Source: Pristiophorus japonicus (Eukaryota). Taken from it: a DNA stretch of 64,000 bases. The stretch is taken from assembly GCF_044704955.1 (NCBI RefSeq), contig NW_027251843.1, positions 682,001-746,000 of the forward strand. The letters run 5' to 3'. How positions within the stretch are numbered: position 1 is the stretch's first letter; each line of letters opens with the position of its first letter. Under the pieces are notes generated by a model. The model did no database searches, was not told the origin of the DNA, and was given only the letters and a program-made list of their open reading frames with translations. Below are positions 60,101 to 64,000 of this stretch, one piece after another. The position numbers were made by a program, and so were the translations under genes.

Positions 60101-62610
60101 GGTGGGAGGCAGATTCTACTTTTTCCGTCTTACCCGGATACATTGTCTGACAGGTAACACAATTTTCACAGATTTGTTTTGCAATTGCCGAAATACCTGG
60201 TGCATACCAAGTTGCCAAAATATAATCTGCCATTCCCCCTTTGCCTGCACGTGTGAATGTATGAACACATCGGGCTATTCATGGAAGTAAAGATCTGGGT
60301 GCCACCACACGGCCGTCGTGATGAACCCATATTCCTTCTGGATTTTTATAACATTGATCCTTCATCCAGGTCAACCTCTCCTCCGCACTGGCCTGTGTCT
60401 GAAAGGTCAGCACGTCATTATTAGTGGGTGGCGGGACTGAGCAATTATAAGGTTCTGATTTGATAACAGTTCAACTTCATATTTAGTGGTTCTTGCGGAG
60501 GTTAGGTGTTGGGTGGCACATTTAGTAAGTAAAATCTCGACAGAGTGTGGGATGTATAGAATGGTCTGATGATTTAGAGTTATTGTCTGAGCCTGTTGTA
60601 TAGCATAATAAGCTGCTGCCAGCGAAGGAAGACATCCTCGTAGTCCACGTGCCACTGGGTCTAGTTGGGTACTGAAATACGCTACCGGTCGCTGCCTGTC
60701 CCCATGTAACTTAGTCAAAACAGATTGTGCAAAACCCGATTTTGTGATGAACAAATAAGTTGAATAGCTTAGTGTAATCTGGTAATCCCAAGGCTGGTGC
60801 TGAAGTGAGGGACTGCTTAAGACTCTGAAAAGCATTCCGGGATACTTCATTCCAAATCCTTCTTTAAGCATTGTGAGAATATAGTAGATTCATTCACAGC
60901 TCGTAGGTCTTGGACAAACCTCCATTTGTCACTATTGGGCTTCTGAACTGGAAGAATCGGTGTGTTACACGGACTTCTCATTTATGCTTATAGTGATTCA
61001 CAGATCACAGAATGTAAAGTATTTGTTTTCTAATTTTATTAAAAGACTTCCAAACCCAAGATTTTTCTAATACACCCAAAATGTTGATCAAGGAGATCAC
61101 CTGAAATATCTCAAAATCCCAATTCAAATATTGTACTGCAACTCTTTATCTAAAAAAAAATCCTCTTACTGAGCTAGAAGCTTTTGCGTCAAGATTTTAT
61201 ACCAAGGACAATGGGAGCGTACTCCCCCAGCTTGCACCAAGAGACCCACAAAAGGCTTTTTTTTAAAAAAAGGCATCACAACTTCCCAAGGCAATACAAC
61301 TTCCCTTCCCCGTTCTTTATCTTACTCCTAGACTAAATTTATGTCTTTCATACCAATATAATCAATGATTGCGTGTCTTCTTTCGACAAGTAAGTGTGCA
61401 TTTCCTAGCTCCGTAACTTCTCATCCGAATAAATCCACATCTGCGCTTCTAACTTAAAATGTCTTAAACTTCCCACATACAGGACAACACTATGAAGGGT
61501 TAAAAAAAAACTTCACTCTGCTTGAAAAAGTGAATGGAGCTAAAACAACCTTTCCAAACAGGTTTCCAGACACATGAAAAAAAACACAGAAGCACTCTCA
61601 TTCAAAGACAAGACATTCACAAAAGTCTCTCTCCATTCAATAAAGCTTCTTTTTTGGCCAGCTTTATTTATTTTGAATCCATAAGTCACGATCAGGTTCT
61701 CTTTTTTTTTACATATTGATTTACTTCCTTTGTTAATTTTACATGGGCTTGAAGAATCGGAACCCAGGCCTTTTCTATTACTTTCCTTTTTTTTTCTCTT
61801 CTACCTGGATCTCTGTTTATAAGACACTCCTCTAGACATGTTGTTCTCTCTAAATTAAATGAACCATCGGGTGGAAATGGCCTATTTTCACCCTTAATCC
61901 ATTTTATCCCTTTTTTTTTCTTTGGTCAATTGAAGACTGACCATAATTCTGGAGCATGACATAGGCTGGTGTGCCCTTTTGTGGTGTTTTAACTTGCTCC
62001 GGCACCCATTCTGGATGATTAAGATTTTCCACAGTTTCTGATCTCACAATCCTTTCGGCCAACCGAGTTCTCTACGCCCACTTCTCCTGGCCGTCACGTG
62101 GCCTGAAAAGGCTCTTAATTCGGGCTCAGTCTGGGTGTGTGAGATATGTTGGCACGAACCAACTGTAGTTGATCAATCAGTTACTGTTTCTTCTCTTAAA
62201 CAATACTTGTTTTTTTTTTCCGAATCACAATTTTCCCTAGTGACTATTCCCGTTTCTCTAATTGCAATGTCGCACAAAGGTATTGCACACAACAGTACAA
62301 CAAGGACAACTAGAACAAACAACATTCACGCGAGCATACAAATCATAACCTTAAACTTTATCTAAACAAATAATCAATTCTCAGTCTGCGTTGTACGCCA
62401 CTACAGACTGAGTCGTTAACTTATCCTAATAAAACTTATAAAACTTATAAAACTTATGGTTCCATTACCCTAACTCTTATCACATAAGAACCTTTGATCG
62501 ATTGCACTTTTTGTTTTCCTACTCTTATCATATAAGAAACTTTTCCGAATTAACTCTTACCACATAAGAACCTTCGATCGATTAGCACTTTTTTTTCCTA
62601 ATCTTTCACG
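57142..62610 (-). mobile_element. Deleted endogenous retrovirus (class I, epsilon/gamma-like); 3' LTR 57142-57834
   Basis: TGTGG..CGACA LTR after PPT AAAATGGGGGAAA; integrase HLQMDFIELP..SDNGSHF; tether RPVAYFS..LDPVARG. The 5' boundary is uncertain. Confidence 0.85.
57866..59200 (-). pseudogene. Gamma-type env remnant
   Basis: CWIC in SU; ISD LQNRMALDYLLAKEGGTC; CX6CC; TM GLIIFLLIVFALHLLF. Confidence 0.92.
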
Positions 62611-64000
62611 ATTGTGCGGCCCCTTGGGGAAGAGTGACCATAATATGGTGGAATTTTGCATTGGGATGGAGAATGAAACAGTTAATTCAGAGACCATGGT
62701 CCAGAACTTAAAGAAGGCTAACTTTGAAGGTATGAGGTGTGAATTGGCTGTGATGGATTGGCGAATGATACTTAAGGAGTTGACTGTGGATGGTCAATGG
62801 CAGACATTTAGAGACCGCATGGATGAACTACAAAAATTGTACATTCCTGTCTGGCATAAAAATAAAAAAGGGAAGGTGGCTCAACCGTGGCTATCAAGGG
62901 AAATCAGGGATAGCATTAAAGCCAAGGAAGTGGCATACAAATTGGCCAGAAATAGCAGCGAACCTGGGGACTGGGAGAAATTTAGAACTCAGCAGAGGAG
63001 GACAAAGGGTTTGATTAGGGCAGGGAAAATAGAGTATGAGAAGAAGCTTGCAGGGAACATTAAGACGGATTGCAAAAGTTTCTATAGATATGTAAAGAGA
63101 AAAAGGTTAGTAAAGACAAACGTAGGTCCCCTGCAGTCAGAATCAGGGGAAGTCATAACGGGGAACAAAGAAATGGCGGACCAATTGAACAAGTACTTTG
63201 GTTCGGTATTCACGAAGGAGGACACGAACAACCTTCCGGTTATAAAAGGGGTCGGGGGGTCTAGTAAGGAGGAGGAACTGAGGGAAATCCTTATTAGCCG
63301 GGAAATTGTGTTGGGGAAATTGATGGGATTGAAGGCCGATAAATCCCCAGGGCCTGATGGACTGCATCCCAGAGTACTTAAGGAGGTGGCCTTGGAAATA
63401 GTGGATGCGTTGACAGTCATTTTCCAACATTCCATTGACTCTGGATCAGTTCCTATGGAGTGGAGGGTAGCCAATGTAACCCCACTTTTTAAAAAAGGAG
63501 GGAGAGAGAAAACAGGGAATTATAGACCGGTCAGCCTGACATCGGTAGTGGGTAAAATGATGGAATCAATTATTAAGGATGTCATAGCAGTGCATTTGGA
63601 AAGAGGTGACATGATGGGTCCAAATCAGCATGGATTTGTGAAAGGGAAATCATGCTTGACAAATCTTCTGGAATTTTTTGAGGATGTTTCCAGTAGAGTG
63701 GATAAGGGAGAACCAGTTGATGTGGTATATTTGGACTTTCAGAAGGCGTTCGACAAGGTCCCACACAAGAGGTTGATGTGCAAAGTTAGAGCACATGGGA
63801 TTGGGGGTAGTGTACGGACATGGATTGAGAACTGGTTGTCAGACAGGAAGCAAAGAGTAGGAGTAAATGGGTACTTTTCAGAATGGCAGGCAGTGACTAG
63901 TGGGGTACCGCAAGGTTCTGTGCTGGGGCCCCAGCTGTTTACACTGTACATTAATGATTTAGATGAGGGGATTAAATGTAGTATCTCCAAATTTGCGGAT
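62611..64000 (+). mobile_element. Young CR1 ORF2 segment running off the window
   Basis: Reverse complement of about 3311-4700. Confidence 0.95.

Overview
Eukaryotic, repeat-dense DNA from a cartilaginous fish (shark-type Ig kappa exon, shark CR1 LINEs, SacSINE1-like DeuSINEs). The only intact host coding sequence I can find is an Ig kappa (type III/NS4-like) constant exon at 10475-10803 (+). No V or J segment is visible, so these probably lie left of the window. The rest is nested mobile DNA: several CR1 LINEs (two full length, with TATA-bearing 5' monomer arrays), L2 and RTE fragments, SINEs, a Harbinger transposon, a rearranged Gypsy element and a deleted ERV with gamma-type env. Two related retrovirus-like LTR elements (A, 22.7-30.8 kb minus; B, 38.7-51.1 kb plus) share a tRNA-Arg PBS, a UGA-CG gag-pol junction and a tether plus second RNase H, and resemble lokiretroviruses. 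Highlights: (1) a 198-bp TSD-flanked, A-tailed retroposon built from circularly permuted U2 snRNA stem-loops; (2) an Ig-domain membrane protein in the env slot of element B; (3) an inverted segmental duplication (21.8-24.7 kb vs 51.1-53.6 kb) that may point to a second, inverted kappa cluster; (4) an intronless MROH1-like retro-pseudogene; (5) a consensus CTCF site 3' of C-kappa. Family assignments come from motif recognition and recalled reference sequences; no searches were run.
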